Positions 22,028-35,496 are shown, counted from the first letter of the whole stretch. The stretch: DNA of 58,265 bases, filler included, from Sphacelaria rigidula (GCA_964200075.2; 7 parts of 7 records of this genome joined end to end with filler, not necessarily neighbours in it), one strand, 5' to 3'. A program made the numbers and translations. Notes: generated from the sequence alone by a model not told the origin.

Positions 22028-23609
22028 CTCCAATCTAGTAGATGAAAATCCAACTATCAATTCATGGCTTTATATTTTTTCGCAACGGTTGCGCGAGAAC
22101 AACTCAGAGGAAGCATACGCTGCCGTGGGCGTCCGACATTGGAGACGACGGGTGAGGGAAGAACAACAGGAGCACCCGAAGTTCGCAAATGAAGTCTCAC
22201 ATAGGAAACGCGCCGCCTGCATCTTGTACAAGAGCTAATGAAAGCGTTTGGCGCTCGAAGCTGGCCACGAGGAGCAAGGTCGGTTCAGGAAGGAGCTGGC
22301 TGCGAAAGAGGAGGTGTGTTTGTGCATCGTCCCTCGTGATGAAAATATTTATGATGCATCTCTCCTGTTTTCCCCCCACTGTTGTGAGCATCTCTAATGA
22401 TGTCACATATACTCCCCCCCCCTACCAGCGAAACATTCCCCCCGTCTCCTCCGTCTCCTCCGTCTCCTCCGTCTCCTGCTCCTCCTGCCAAGAAGATAAT
22501 AATGACACATATACCCACAATAAAACAAAAGAACAAAACCTTATGCCCCACCCTGTGGTTACTCCCCGGAAGCAAGTGTGCGATCGGCGAACATCGGTCC
22601 GAGACATGTATATCCCTGTTCTTGAGAGATTTTTCGTCTTGTGTGCTATGATGTTCCATCATTGCATCTTGCGCCTTTTTTATCCGCAGGCTCGTCGCCT
22701 AGATTCTGGATAGAGCAAGAGCGCAAGACAACGGTTTGTCGTTATTGTGAGATGATCTCGTGAGGTGATATTTATGACAAACATCACTTTACAGCATTGG
22801 CTGGGCGGGAACACCTCCCTCTGTGTCTATGTGTCTCTGTCTCTCTGTTCCGTTTTCGTTAAGTTTTCCTTTTACCCCTGGCGTGTGATGATTCACCCTT
22901 TGCTGTCACAATTAGGTCTTCGGGGTTTTACACATGAAAACCACAAAGACATTATAGTCACAATCAGTATCTGACCAACGGTGTCGGAGGATTCGTGGTG
23001 TGCGCGTGCAGCGTTCGCTCCTGGACCCTAGCACACCGAATAAAGCATAGTCAGCAAGCGGGTTCCCTATGCCGAGTTAGTCCACACAGGAGCAGCACAT
23101 GCCGTTCTATTGTAGGCGATGATCTGCATTGACACACTAAGGCCGGCATGTCGGGTTGTCGGGGCCTGCTTTGATCTGTCTGTCGTACTGTGCGTGCGCG
23201 TTTTTTCTCTTTTCAAACCCTTGACATGATGAATGCTCTCTTTCCGCCCCTCTTCGCCTCTTTTCTCGTCGTCCTTACTTCTTACTTTTTCCTTTTATAC
23301 GCTGGGATAATAATGAACTTATATGTCACCCTTAGGCGATGCAACTGAAGGGGGGGAGGGGGGGAAGGCGTTCTGGTTCGTTTGACAGAGCCAAATTGTT
23401 CTGACCCCCAGTATGCGTCAGCATATTGCGGGGTCATTTCTGGTGAAGCACTATCATATGTTCACATCCTACATATTTTGTCTTTCCGCTCGAACACTTA
23501 CACGCACGTACCACTCTCCATTCACCTTTCCGCGTTTTTCATTTGATATATATCCTTGCGCTTCCCCGTGGTCCTTACCGTTGTGGTGGATCAACTTTCG
23601 TTTTTTGTA

Positions 23610-23700
23610 GGGAGGCAGGGGGGGGGCTGGTGGCGTACTCATTTGTTGCTTGTCTTGGTCGTTTCACCATCGACCACGCACCCCTTTCGAGACGGAGCAA
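23610..23700 (-). mobile_element. 3' end fragment of the LINE at 8360-10225 (family F)
   Basis: GGCGTACTCATTTGTTGCTTGTCTTGGTCGTTTCACCAT...TTTCGAGACGGAGCA matches 8403-8469. Confidence 0.8.
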
Positions 23701-24744
23701 TGTCGTCTCGAGAGATCCATCAACACATCTCTGCCTGACACTTCAATATCGAGCGTCGAGTCAGCGCTCCCGAGGCTACTGTTGCTGAGCGTATGACAGG
23801 AGTACCGAGCTGGACGCAAACATCGATTGATGCCAACATATAACCCTGTGCAGAATGATGGTGGGAAATTGATCCATAGTTTGTTCTCGACTTGAACAGG
23901 GATTCGTGAGGGAAACATATATTTCGAGGTAAAAACGCGTAATATTACTAACCTGATCTCCCCGCTGGAGGAGTTCAGAGCGTGGATCAAAGCCCTTCTG
24001 TGCTAACAGCGGCGACGTCGACCTCCTCTTCATCGACATCCGTCGGACCCTACATTGTTGTTAGACTACTGAACTACCGTACCTCGTATACCGCACGCAG
24101 TAACACTGCATCTCATACTGTGCTGTCCAAGGCATGAGGACAAGATATGGTGTGGAAAAAAGAAATAATCGCGCAAGTCGATGGGTTGCGGGAAGTGCAG
24201 ATCCAATGCTCTTGGCTTGAAGCAAAATTCTGCGCAAATACCGCGGGAGTGAGGGTCCGTGCATGAGCAGTACACTTTCAACACACTCAGTACGGTTCAT
24301 AACAGATGCAGACCCATTCAACCAAAAGTACGACGCTTTGGAATAGTGAAAAAGGCGTTATGCTGAGGCGCCAAATAGTCTTGAATTCTTTGATGATGGC
24401 CGTGACTGACAAGTGCATTGTTCACTCGCATGGGGTATTTTCACTGCAACTTTTGTGGGATCTTCACCGAAGGAGAACGGTTCTCACCTCAGATATGTTG
24501 GAACACTCACGACGGGAACTTTTTTGCATAAGAATCGAATCGATTTTTCTCGTCAATATCAAAAATGTCACCGCGCCCTTGTGGTGTGAATAAAAACGAT
24601 ACAACTGAAGCCATTAGGTCGGGAAAATACGGGTTAGATTGCGGGCGGATGCGGTCGGGATTTCCCGAAAATATCTGATTTCCGTTGTTGAAATACTTGA
24701 TACCACGGTATAAACAAGCAAAGTATGTGACGGGAGTCAAAGTG

Positions 24745-24870
24745 ATACTGGAGTACTGGTCATAACCTAACCCGCGATACCAAAATACAAGGCGTGTACC
24801 TGAAGAGATATGGGCTGATCCCTTGAGACCACGGACTCCTCCTGATGACGTGCAGGGGTTGAGAGTGTGC
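24745..24870 (+). mobile_element. SINE family B, 3' fragment, followed by poly-C
   Basis: CCAAAATACAAGGCGTGTACC...GATCCCTTGAGACCACGGACTC. Confidence 0.7.
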
Positions 24871-24916
24871 CCCCCCCCCCCCCCCCCCCCCCTCTCACGG
24901 CGCTTCGCGCTTGGTG

Positions 24917-25016
24917 NNNNNNNNNNNNNNNNNNNNNNNNNNNNNNNNNNNNNNNNNNNNTTAATTAATTAANNNNNNNNNNNNNNNNNNNNNNNNNNNN
25001 NNNNNNNNNNNNNNNN
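24917..25016. other. Artificial contig spacer
   Basis: N44-TTAATTAATTAA-N44. Confidence 0.99.
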
Positions 25017-25299
25017 GCTATCGTACACAGCGTCCATTATCCTGGGAGTGAAAAATCTCATGGATAAGAGCTTCACACGCAAAGTAGTGAGTTCGAAGTG
25101 GATGAGCCGCAATCTGTTCCCACGGCTTCTAATTTTTTCCTTCACGATTGGATACGTGTGCGCTTTTTGCGCAAGACCCTTTCCAGCTAAATCGCGTGGC
25201 AGATGCCGATCATTTCTATTTTTTGTTGGTGTTTGTCTTTGCTCTTTCCCTATTTTCTTTTCTTCTCTTCTTTGTCTACTATGTCTGTTCTACCTTTCT

Positions 25300-25430
25300 G
25301 TTCTTTCTTTATTCCGGCGATCGCTTCCGTCTTGTTTTTCTCATCTCGGGTACGTCCATCATTTGGATAATGACCAGGCTGGATTATGACTCCTAGGGGA
25401 TGAATTAAGGTGCGACAATAAATCAATCGA
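25300..25430 (+). repeat. Dispersed repeat family C (degraded)
   Basis: CTCGGGTACGTCCATCAT...GGCTGGAT...TAAGGTGCGACAATAAATCAATC. Confidence 0.65.
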
Positions 25431-25765
25431 TAATTAATAAAAACAATGTTGCAAGGGATGGACGCATGATCGCTGCTTCGAATCACCAAATCTACGATTT
25501 CCGAGGCATGAATACTCCGGAGAGGGATAAAAGGGTGGAATGCCAATCAACAAAAACATTTCCACAATCTTTGCGCGTACCTAGGGTGCAACGCTGGGGG
25601 GAAAAGTCAAAAGATTGGATCCGTACGGAACGAAATAGGTAACATTAATGCACCAAAGGCAAGTCATTCTGAGACGGATCAGTGCTTGTCCTACCCTCGC
25701 AATGTTGGTGCGGCGCAATTTCAGTACGTCTTTCGGAGTATGCCAAATACGAGCCAGCATTACAC

Positions 25766-25935
25766 GACTTAGTCTGATATGTCGTTCTGTTCGACCACTC
25801 TTTTTTTTTTCGTTTTCTGTTCCTTTTTTTTTCTTTTTCTTAGAGCGTGTTTAAGTTTCGTTTTTTTTTGGTACGTCTATGATGAGACCACGGCTGGATC
25901 CCGGGGGAGTCAGTTAAAGTGCGATAATCGATAAA
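25766..25935 (+). repeat. Dispersed repeat family C
   Basis: GACTTAGTCTGATATGTCGTTCTGTTCGAC...GAGACCACGGCTGGATCCCGGGGGAGTCAGTTAAAGTGCGATAATC. Confidence 0.8.
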
Positions 25936-26124
25936 AAAAATCATTACGATATTTACTCCCTGCATGCTGCCGACCATTCGTGGCATGCTTAGAGTCCATA
26001 ACAACTTCACCACCTGGGGTGACTTTGACAGGAACAACATCAACTCGGAGGAAGGATACGGGTACCGATTCACACTTGCGGTGTGCCCAGACATGAACCA
26101 AGTATCTACTTATGGACATCATTT

Positions 26125-26453
26125 TTTATTTTTTATTTTATTTTTTTATTTGTCGCATTTTGAACCCCTTCCCTCCCTCGGGACGAGTCCGTGGTCTAAC
26201 AGTCTCAAGGGATCAACCCATCTTTCACCGGTACACGCCTTTCATTTTGGTCTCGCGGATTGGGTCAGCATTCCCGCACCGCGTCAACTCACGTCAAACA
26301 AACTCAGTCGACTACTTTGTTTACTCACGTTATCACACTCTCCACGGTGGAAATCAGATACCACGAAGAAAAAAACTAACGCATCGGGAATCGAACCCTC
26401 GTTCTCTCCACCCTGATGGCGACAGTCGGACCGTAACACCACCGGGGCGCGGC
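26125..26453 (-). mobile_element. tRNA-derived SINE, family B, full length
   Basis: Reverse complement GCCGCGCCCCGGTGGTGTTACGG...GAGGGTTCGATTCCCG (canonical B box), with an (A)n/(TAAAA)n tail. Confidence 0.85.
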
Positions 26454-26535
26454 AGACAACAAGTGACAATGGACAATGGACAATGACCAAAAACCTACCT
26501 TGGATAGCACGGGGTGAGGTGATCGCTCCAAGCTA

Positions 26536-27676
26536 CGAGCTGGGCCAACCGAGAAGCGATTCTGTAGTTTGCAGGCCCATTATACGGCCAATATTTAGAG
26601 TTGGACCCTGAAATTTGGTATGGACAATGAATATGGCATAATAAAAACAACCATTATACCAGTACACACAAGGGTTTTTGTCTTTTTTCCATGAGTGAGG
26701 GGCATTTTACCGATATCTGAAAACTGATTATTGCCCTTGATTCATGAAAAAAGGGAAAAAAAACTTGTGTGCACTGGTAATTTTTTTAATTATGCCCTTT
26801 TCATTGTCCATACATAATTTCAGGGTTCAACTCGAAGTATTGGCCGTATAATGGGCCCTTTAGTGACGGGGTTAGAAGAAATTCGGAACAGTATTTTGCA
26901 GGCCACTTACCGGCCCACGTTTGGTGTTTGTGTATTGAAACTTTGTGTGGGCCGTGGCGAGGGCATAATTGACGGAACTAAGTGGGTCAGGTTGATTTTT
27001 TCTCATTTTTTCGCTGGTTTAGGGCGTTTTAGTGTGGAAACCGCCATTGTTTTTACGAGAACGCCCGAACCTCTCCCCCCCCCACAAAAAAACTGAGAGC
27101 CCATTTTTTTTTATTCAGCAATTTTTTTTTTTCAGAATTTGAGCTTAAAAATTGAGATAAGGCCCAAAAGCAGTGTTCATTTCTCCTCAAAACTGCCCCG
27201 AAAACCCGAAATAAAAAAAACGACAAAAGGAAAATTTTGTAGCATAACTCTGAAAAACTGAGACGGGATATCCAGGTTTAGCTAATCTAGCGCATGTGCT
27301 CGTAATATACTGATGTTAGTATAATAAATTATGTGCACCATATCTCGAGATAGATTACGAATTAGGTGGAGGTGAAGGTATCTATCGTTTCCTCGTGCTC
27401 AAGAAGATGTCCACACCAAAATTCGTCGTCATCCGCTGAATGTCTCGATCGGGGGTTTCATAGAGATTTTAGTATGGACGCTATCTTCCTTAGGTACAGG
27501 AATTACTAGACATGGGGTTTAATCAACGAGAAAATACGGGCCCAAAAATTTGAGCAGATGAGCACCTTCCCCTTGGTTAGACCATTAATACAATATGCGG
27601 ATCATGGCCCAACTCGTCCGTGTCGACGAGATATTGCTTTGAGAGCTTAAATCCTTGTCTAGGCTGGCCCAGCTAG
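26536..27676 (+). mobile_element. Complete ~1.14-kb non-autonomous DNA transposon (family E), TA flanks, internal ~285-bp palindrome (26574-26858)
   Basis: TA|CGAGCTGGGCCAACC ... GGCTGGCCCAGCTAG|TA. No coding capacity. Confidence 0.8.
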
Positions 27677-28144
27677 TATCAAGGGCCGGACGAATCAATG
27701 ATTTGTCCGGAAATCACTTGACTTTAGTGTAATTAATTCGTACCGTACGAATCAATCCTCAGGCTTTGTTTTCAGCGTCGCAACCCAGGTACGCGCAGCC
27801 CAGGCACGTGGTATGCTGCAAACATTGCGTGTAGACCTGTTTGACCAGCGGTCGGCTTTGTTTTCTCTCTTTTCGAGTAACCAGGTCTAAGGAATCGTGG
27901 ATTTGGTGATTCGAACCGGCCATGATTCATCCGAACCGTGCAACCTACGCGATAAACTGCAGGCAAAGTCCTTCTACCCACGACCGTTAACTCTTGTATC
28001 GATCGTAACCAAGGGAAGCATCGTCCGTCCCCCAGGTGCACACGACAGGCCATGCTTGACCGGTGGGCTACAACAGAGACCTTCAGAATTTGGAATTTGC
28101 CTTTGTTGGGGTGTACGGTATCGACACAGAGAGATAAGAAGCTT

Positions 28145-28312
28145 GATTGATTTGGATTGATCTGATTTGATTGTCGCACTTTAACTGACCCCCCAGGGGT
28201 CAAGCCATGGTCTCATGATAGACGTACCCAAGACAAAACAACACTGAAACACTCGCTGAAGAAAAGAAGGAACAGAAAAAAAAAGTCGAACAAAACGATG
28301 TAGTAGACTAAG
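28145..28312 (-). repeat. Dispersed repeat family C
   Basis: GATTTGATTGTCGCACTTTAACTGACCCCCC...CCATGGTCTCATGATAGACGTACCC. Confidence 0.8.
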
Positions 28313-28464
28313 ACGTTAAAAAAAAAACTAGCTTACACCTGACAATACTATCCAGTTTCAAGCACAGAATTGGCGCATGCTGAGATATCAGCTGAATACC
28401 GGAGTCCCAGAGATGGTCGGTGACAGAACATCGACGTCACAGAACGGGGGGGAGGGGGGTTCCT

Positions 28465-28810
28465 CATGATCATACATGCCGTCGTCGTAAGACAATTGAC
28501 CTCGCACCCTACAAGATCAGGACGGAGCACGCCGGGTTTTCGCCGGACCAGGCTCGCAATCAATCACCGTGTAAGTGTGATGTGTTCATTGGGTCGTATG
28601 CGGGGTGGTGACCTGCATCCAACTAACATTGTTCAGCCCGAAGGGTACTGATCATCTCGCATATGGATGGCAGCCTTGAATGAGTCGCTTAATTTTCTGG
28701 CATCGCCACTTCCAGAGATAATCACGGCTCACACTGCTTAATGAGTGTCTCACTATTGAAGCACTACGTGGTACGATCATTCCCTTTGCACTACGTAGTA
28801 CGATCATCTC
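28465..28810 (+). repeat. Dispersed repeat family D
   Basis: CATGCCGTCGTCGTAAGAC...GGACGGAGCACGCCGGGTTTTCGCCGGACCAGGCTCGCAATC...CGCCACTTCCAGAGA matches 31455-31780. Confidence 0.8.
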
Positions 28811-28987
28811 CCCCGCACAAAGAACGGGAGGAGAGAGGGAGGGGGGGGAGGGTCTCCAAAAGTCATTTTGGTTTGCTTGTTATATTTCAGTCCAAGTAAA
28901 GGCAGTCGGTCACAGCTTGATCGGAATGGTTCGACCCAACTAAAATACGGAAGCCGTTTGTCTGCCTCCCCATCAAGTTTTAGACAA

Positions 28988-28991
<4 letters not shown>

Positions 28992-29046
<55 letters not shown>
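28992..29046. repeat. (CA)n microsatellite
   Basis: Read directly. Confidence 0.97.
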
Positions 29047-29049
<3 letters not shown>

Positions 29050-30239
29050 ACGTAGTGTCGATTCAGCAGCGATTTGTTCTGGTTGCAGCCCATCACCCGA
29101 ACGCCTCAACGTTTCGCCGGTGACGTCAATAAAACGAAAAAAAAAGTATATATATATTATATATATATATTTTTTTCCCAAATCGTTTGCTTCACCTTTT
29201 CACCACCGTCGCCTACCTATTGTCTTCAAAAATTCACACACTCAAACGTACGAATCGGCGTCGGCTTAGCCTTGGGACAGAACGTACCGTGACGTAGAGG
29301 CAACAGCCCACCATCAGAGCTCCAAGGGAGGCGATAGCGAGCGCCGCTAATGCGATAACCATCTTCACATGACGGACCACTCGCATAGCCAAACATCTCT
29401 GCTCCCGCAAAAAAAAGGGCCAGCAAAAAAACGGCAGACAACAGCAAGAAGGCTTGGGATCAAACGTGTGAAATAAAGGGAAAGTGCAAGCCAGAAACCT
29501 CAACCACAATGCGATGGACCACAATCTAACGAAAGCATCACACTCGCGGGAATCAGGCACGGGAGCCGACGGCATCTGACGTCATGGGCCGCAAAAAAAC
29601 ACAGAAAAAATGGAGCATGACCACTCGTAGCAAGAGCAAGAGAGCATTCAGCAAAATATCGCAAAGGCCATCGCTTCCATCTCCTACCACCCCCACATCA
29701 CCGACATGAACCCATAACCCACCATCGACGGATTGGTGAGCAATATCGTGAACCCTCCCCCACCCTCTCCATTTCCTCCTCCTGGGGTCGCCGCAACGTC
29801 TCTTTGCGCTGGTAGGGGAGTAGATGATGACCGCCTCTTGCCCCCTCGACGGGCCCCCGACGACCGAAAGCGGTTTCGCAATGAAGAGGATGACGTGGTA
29901 AAAAGGCCCTGCGCGGACGTGGGACCAATCGCAGTGTCCGAATCTCCTGCACGACACCCGCTGCCTGCTGCGGACAACAGTTAAAGCAGCGTGAGCGAAG
30001 ATCATGATAACATATTATTTTCAAACGGCGTTAGAGTGGAGTACGCTGCGGGTACTTGGGGTCTTTATGCATACCTCAGATACCCTAGGATCTTGACTTT
30101 TTTTGAGGGGATACTCTGGATACCTCGGGATGACCAGTCATGATTCCGACGGGTAAAGTCCCCAACGGGGAACCTCGGGGGACTCTGAGTCGCAAATACC
30201 TTAGAAACCCAGAATACTTGAGGTACAGTACTTTGCCGT

Positions 30240-30292
30240 GAGTGCCGTAACTACCGCGAGTACCGTAACTGCCGCGAGTACCTTAACTGCCT
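30240..30292. repeat. 18-bp tandem repeat (GAGTACCGTAACTGCCGC) x3
   Basis: Read directly. Confidence 0.8.
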
Positions 30293-31454
30293 ATAATAGC
30301 TCTTAGTGGCGGCTCTTTGTGTTGATAGCGTTCGTCGGTGTCGGGAGTCGTCCACGATTGGTGAAAGGACGGGACGTATTGCCCCTTGCTATGGGTTATT
30401 GTCCAGTCGTCGGTGCCCAGGGATATACCACTGGTGAAGAAAAATAATCTCTACCGTAGTGATAGAACAATGATTTCGAACTGCACTCAGGGACTGCTGT
30501 GTCAGCAGTTTTCGAGTCATATGGAGTATGGCATCATCTAAAGTACAAACTGCCCGGTAGGTCAATATTCGCTCCAGTTGCACAGCAGTACCAGCGGTAC
30601 ATGTCTGCCAAGTAGTCAGCGAGCTGTAGAGTGTACCTGGTCATTTGCCCTCTTCAAACGAGCTCGACAACAGCACGCACGCAGATGTACGCCGCGGCAC
30701 AGAACTGCAGCACGAGAGCAACATACACGGAAATCGTGCATGCATACACACACATACCTACACAACACGAGGAGCATCAATCCTACAGGAAAAATACATC
30801 ACACCGCGATAACGACCAATACAGCAACACGAAAGAGGTCGAAGATTTGGACACGACGACATTAACCCGCAGCAACAACGTACCATTGTTCCCCGAGCTG
30901 TCACCAGCAGAGAAAGAATCAACTGCAGGGTTGCCGCGGCTGACACCCCCGCCGCCATAGGTTCGGCTGTGCGATTGAGCCGGTCGACCGTTCGATGATG
31001 CCCCACTTGCTGCGTCTGCCGCTTTGCCCGCCCCGGCGCCGGCGGCCAGCGAGGCTGCCCAGCGCACTAATCGGCTTCCTCCTCCAACCCCCGCTCCACC
31101 ACTCCCACCGCCTGGTCGTTTCCCTAGGGGCAGGAGGAAGGAGTCCAAGGGGATCAACGCAATACGGGCCGAACAAGACGATTGATGACTGAATTAGTGT
31201 TGTGGTGTGATATGGACTGGTTGAGTCTTTGGACGATTATTTATGTTCTCGTGGGGGCGACATCGGGGAATTGAGGGCTGTCGTGAAGGTCTCGTTAGCT
31301 AGCTCCGGCGTGAAGCTTCGATGAGTGAAAGTTTGCTGTGGAAATCTCGAGCCCCTGGGTTCGTCCGTACAGCGCATGATCACCGCCTAGTAAGGAGGGA
31401 TATCACCTATTTCCCGTGGTACGGGCGTGTAGACCAATTGCACTCCAGGGGGGG

Positions 31455-31780
31455 GATACTCGTGATCTTGCATGCCGTCGTCATAAGACCATTGACCTCG
31501 CATCCCTACAAAGCCGGGACGGAGCACGCCGGGTTTTCGCCGGACCAGGCTCGCAATCACCAAGCGTGATGCGTTCGGCGAGTCACATGAGCGGTGAGCT
31601 GCATCCTGCTAAGATTGTTCGGCCCAAAGGGTACTAATTATCTTGTATGTGGATGACAGCCCCAAATGAGTGGCTTCATTTGCTGGTATCGCCACTTCCA
31701 CAGACAGCCATGGGTTACTCTGCCTCATGCTTATCTCACCATTGGACCAGTACGTAGCACAGATTATCTCCTCTGCACGG
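31455..31780 (+). repeat. Dispersed repeat family D
   Basis: Colinear with 28465-28810. Confidence 0.8.
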
Positions 31781-31859
31781 CGTTGAGGTCCTCCACCCCC
31801 ACACAATATTATCTAGCTCAACCACATCATGGTTACCGCAAAACAAAATGACGGTAAGC

Positions 31860-32055
31860 CACCACGGTGAGATTTATGAATGATGAGACACCCATGACGA
31901 GAGTTGACGCTTGCATGGGAGCGCTGATGGTCATGATCCAATCCGCGAGACCAACATGCAAGGCGTGTACCGATGTATCGAGGCAGACAGGCTTGATCCC
32001 TCGACACCACAGGCTCGTCTCGTGGAAGATGAAGGGGTTCAACAAACAAAAAAAC
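31860..32055 (+). mobile_element. SINE family B, degraded 3' part
   Basis: GAGTTGACGC...GATCCAATCCGCGAGACCAACATGCAAGGCGTGTAC...GAAGGGGTTCAACAAACAAAAAAA. Confidence 0.7.
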
Positions 32056-33087
32056 GACAACCAGAGCTCGAGTGCTACGTGCAGTTTCTTGGCAAGCAAT
32101 CTATGGGTAGGCGGGGAGCACAAATGCAGGTGCCCTCTCTGAGTGGGATCGCCTATAGATGGTGGTCGATAGGAATGTCAAAATACGACCTCGTTGCGAA
32201 GTAGTTAAGATTAGTCCATTCGTACAGGAACACAATCCCAGTTTTGACGACGATGGAAATAATCCCGCCAACATGCTCCGCCCTGCTCGGAGAAGTACAC
32301 CTTCTGCCATGTTCATCCACGGGGTTGGCAATAGAAGTACTTTTCTGAGACGATGTCGACAGTCAACGGGTTAACTCCGGACGCCAAGGTCGTGACAACA
32401 GTACAGTAGTTGGACGTCACTTGGATATGAAGATGTACATGAAAACATCGACGCATACATACATATTGGCATGTCGAAACTCTAAACGATCACTTCTTGC
32501 ATCCACGAAATCTTCAGACGTCGATATTCTGGAAAATAGCCAATCTAGATACTGTCTATGTATGTATATACATACTTGATAAACCGGGGCAAATATATCG
32601 ACATGAATATCCAATATGTATTAGGGAGGTATTATCCATTTTGTAGACACTTACCGGGCCGTGGGGGCCGGACGATACACCAACTCGGTAAGGTTGTTTG
32701 ATAATATAGCGGCGGATTGCCCTTTTCCGTGGCTGACCTCGAGCCTTCTTTCTCACGAAAAATCACTTGGGTTCAGAATGGTCGACCTTTTGATTTCCAG
32801 CCGCCCGAAATCACCTAATATCGCCCATGGCCAATTTTAGCTCCGGATCTGTTGTTTGAAAAAATGCCCATTCTAAAGCAGTATGGGAGTCGTCGTCATT
32901 TTCTTTTTCTTTTTCTCCACGTTGAACTCGGGGGAGCTACTCTTCGCATCTTTTCGTGGCGTCTCTCTTCTTGTTTTTATTTTTGGTAGTGTGTCTTGTA
33001 AGGAATAGCAGGGACGGTACTGGGAAGGTAAATCTACGTATGTGACCACGGGTTCGCGAGATCGGACTAATGTGCGGAAAAATAAAC

Positions 33088-33254
33088 AGATGATAATAAT
33101 ATAATATAACAACAATGATAATAATAATGATAATAATAATAATGATAATAATAATAATGATAATAATAATAATAATAATGATAATAATGATAATAATGAT
33201 AATAATGATAATAATAATAATAATAACAATGATAATAATAATGATAATAATAAT
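33088..33254. repeat. (AAT)n/(ATG) microsatellite at contig end
   Basis: Read directly. Confidence 0.97.
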
Positions 33255-33354
33255 NNNNNNNNNNNNNNNNNNNNNNNNNNNNNNNNNNNNNNNNNNNNTT
33301 AATTAATTAANNNNNNNNNNNNNNNNNNNNNNNNNNNNNNNNNNNNNNNNNNNN
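33255..33354. other. Artificial contig spacer
   Basis: N44-TTAATTAATTAA-N44. Confidence 0.99.
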
Positions 33355-34451
33355 AACAAGATCCGCTTGTGTATCACCACAGCGCATGGACACCAGCCTT
33401 CCCGCTGCTGCCCAGACTTGGACGCCTGCAAGAAGCACGTTGGTAAGTCCGATGCAGTGTTCGAATACTGGGGGGGAAGCTGCCTACGCAGCATGCCCCC
33501 AGTGCACTTCAACAGACGCGGGTGGGGCGTAGGACCGGAGAGGAGGACTCACCACAAGGGTGTGTAAAGTCGTCGAGCACAGCGGGGGCGGAGCTGTCGC
33601 GCGATAACATTGTGGTGTATTTGTCGAGTCACACATACGTCGACACATCCGGAAACGTGCAAACACTCAGATGCGCATGCAACCCGGAGAGGGCGGCGAC
33701 AAAACACAGATGCCGGAGTTGCAGGTGTTTGGGGAACTGCACTCTGAGCTGCGGTTGCCAGGGTCGCTGCTTCCTGCCCCCGCCCCCTTCGCGAGCGGCC
33801 GCCGCGAATGCCGCTGAGGAAACCGGCGACGGTCAGAGCGGTGCACCCGGCCGACCGCGAAACGAGAGAAGACGATCAACAACGAAGTACGCAGGGGGCG
33901 GGTCGACTGCATCACGCGGAGTGGAGGCGGCATCTCGAGCAAGCAGCGCACCAGGGGCACCTGTTGATACGACTGATGGTGAGGAGCCTCGTCGCCGCGG
34001 CGCCGGGAGGGAGGTGGTGGGGGGAGCGCACTCGGGACCAGATCCGATGAGTGAAACCGACGGGGTAGATGGCCGCGCACGCGGGCGATCGCGCAATGGG
34101 AACTGCCAATCAACAGCGCAGCACGCAAGAGGCGAGTCGGCTGAATCGCGCGGAAGGGGCGCGGCAAGTGGAACGAGCAACGTGCCATGGGCACCTGTTG
34201 ATATGACCGATGGTGAGGGGCGTTGCAGTCACGGCGGCGGAGGGCAGGGGGCAGGGGGGGCGCATCCGGGAGAAGAATCCATCAGTGGCTGTCCCATCAG
34301 AGACGGCGGGTTAGAGAAACTCGTCGGACACAAGTCGAACTCTGCAGCCGGGATCTGGATCGGAGATTCGGATTCAGAATGCAGCGGGTCCGAGAGAGAG
34401 GACTCGGCATCAGAAGCGGGCGACGACAATGGGGAAGATTTCGCGTTCTGA
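33355..34451 (+). pseudogene. C-terminal part of an Academ-like (XPG + CXC zinc finger) transposase, 5' end cut by contig start, one frameshift near 33540
   Basis: CPDLDACKKHVGKSDAVFEYWGGSCLRSMPPVHFNRRGWG resembles the PxxDAxxxHxxRAxxQxxxW...GW block. It is followed by LRCACNPERAATKHRCRSCRCLGNCTLSCGCQGRC (9 Cys) and a disordered acidic tail with an internal duplication. Confidence 0.6.
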
Positions 34452-35496
34452 TTTCAGTCTGTGGAGATTTTTGGGGCCGTTCTTTCCTGTAGATAGATTG
34501 CGCAAACGGTTATGTACAAGTAGAGGATGTTTTTTTCCTGGCTGTAGTCATGAACCGTGTCTCAGGTACATGGCGATCATGGTCCGTGCATGTGCGGTGC
34601 ACAGCGGGGTGCAAAACTGTATTGGAGGTGATCTGGCTACGCCCGCCAATGAAGTGAGTGTTTCAACCGCACACGACTGACCTGAACAACACCATCGTAT
34701 GCCAGTCAACCTTTTGGTTTTCCGTGCAGCACTGCCAACGCTCGCGTCTCGACGCTATGGCGTTCGTGCAAGGACACAACTGCCTGGAATCATCCGTATC
34801 ACTATTATGTTGAACGGTCAGATGAAAAACATGGGGTGGTTTTCTTCGCCACACTGTCGCCGATGTCGTCGATACTGTACCATCTGCACCGGCACGGCGG
34901 GTCGTGCCACCACGTGTCTTACGCACCACACATCGTGTCGATTTTCGCAAGGTTTCATGTAAAACGCTCATTATGGCGAACGCAACAGATCGAACGACTG
35001 TTTTTCTTTTCCTTCATCGTTTGGGCGCAAGGGATGACTGGGCGGATGTTGCCCCCTCCGTTTGCCTTGCGTTCATGGTTGGAAAATCTATCACATCACA
35101 TGAACGTATTCAGGTGGTTGTACCTTGTTTGTCTCGCCGCGGTTGTACGTTCGTCTAATAACTACGAACGTCAGTCGAGTTTAAAATAAAGTGGTGGTCA
35201 GGTGAAGGAATCTACGACAGTTATCACCTCGTGTCGACTGTTGTTCACCAAAAGTGGTAGTAAAGTGGAAACAAATCTGCGACTACCGGAAAAATGACGC
35301 GGATTGTTCCACCGGAATTTATCATCTTTGCAGAAGAGTGTATGCGTTAAAAACATAAATCTGCCACCACCAGAAAAAAACAATGTATCCTCGAGTTTTT
35401 ATTCCCACGAGTACAGGAAGCCATTAGAAGCCGTCAATACCCCCCTATCTCCCTGTCTGACGCAAAATGATACAGATGAACAAAATAATAGTGCTA

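Noticed and set aside
28475..28560. HDV-like ribozyme in repeat family D (contains GACCTCGC)
   Set aside because: Could not assemble the P1/P2/P3/P1.1 nested pseudoknot by eye.
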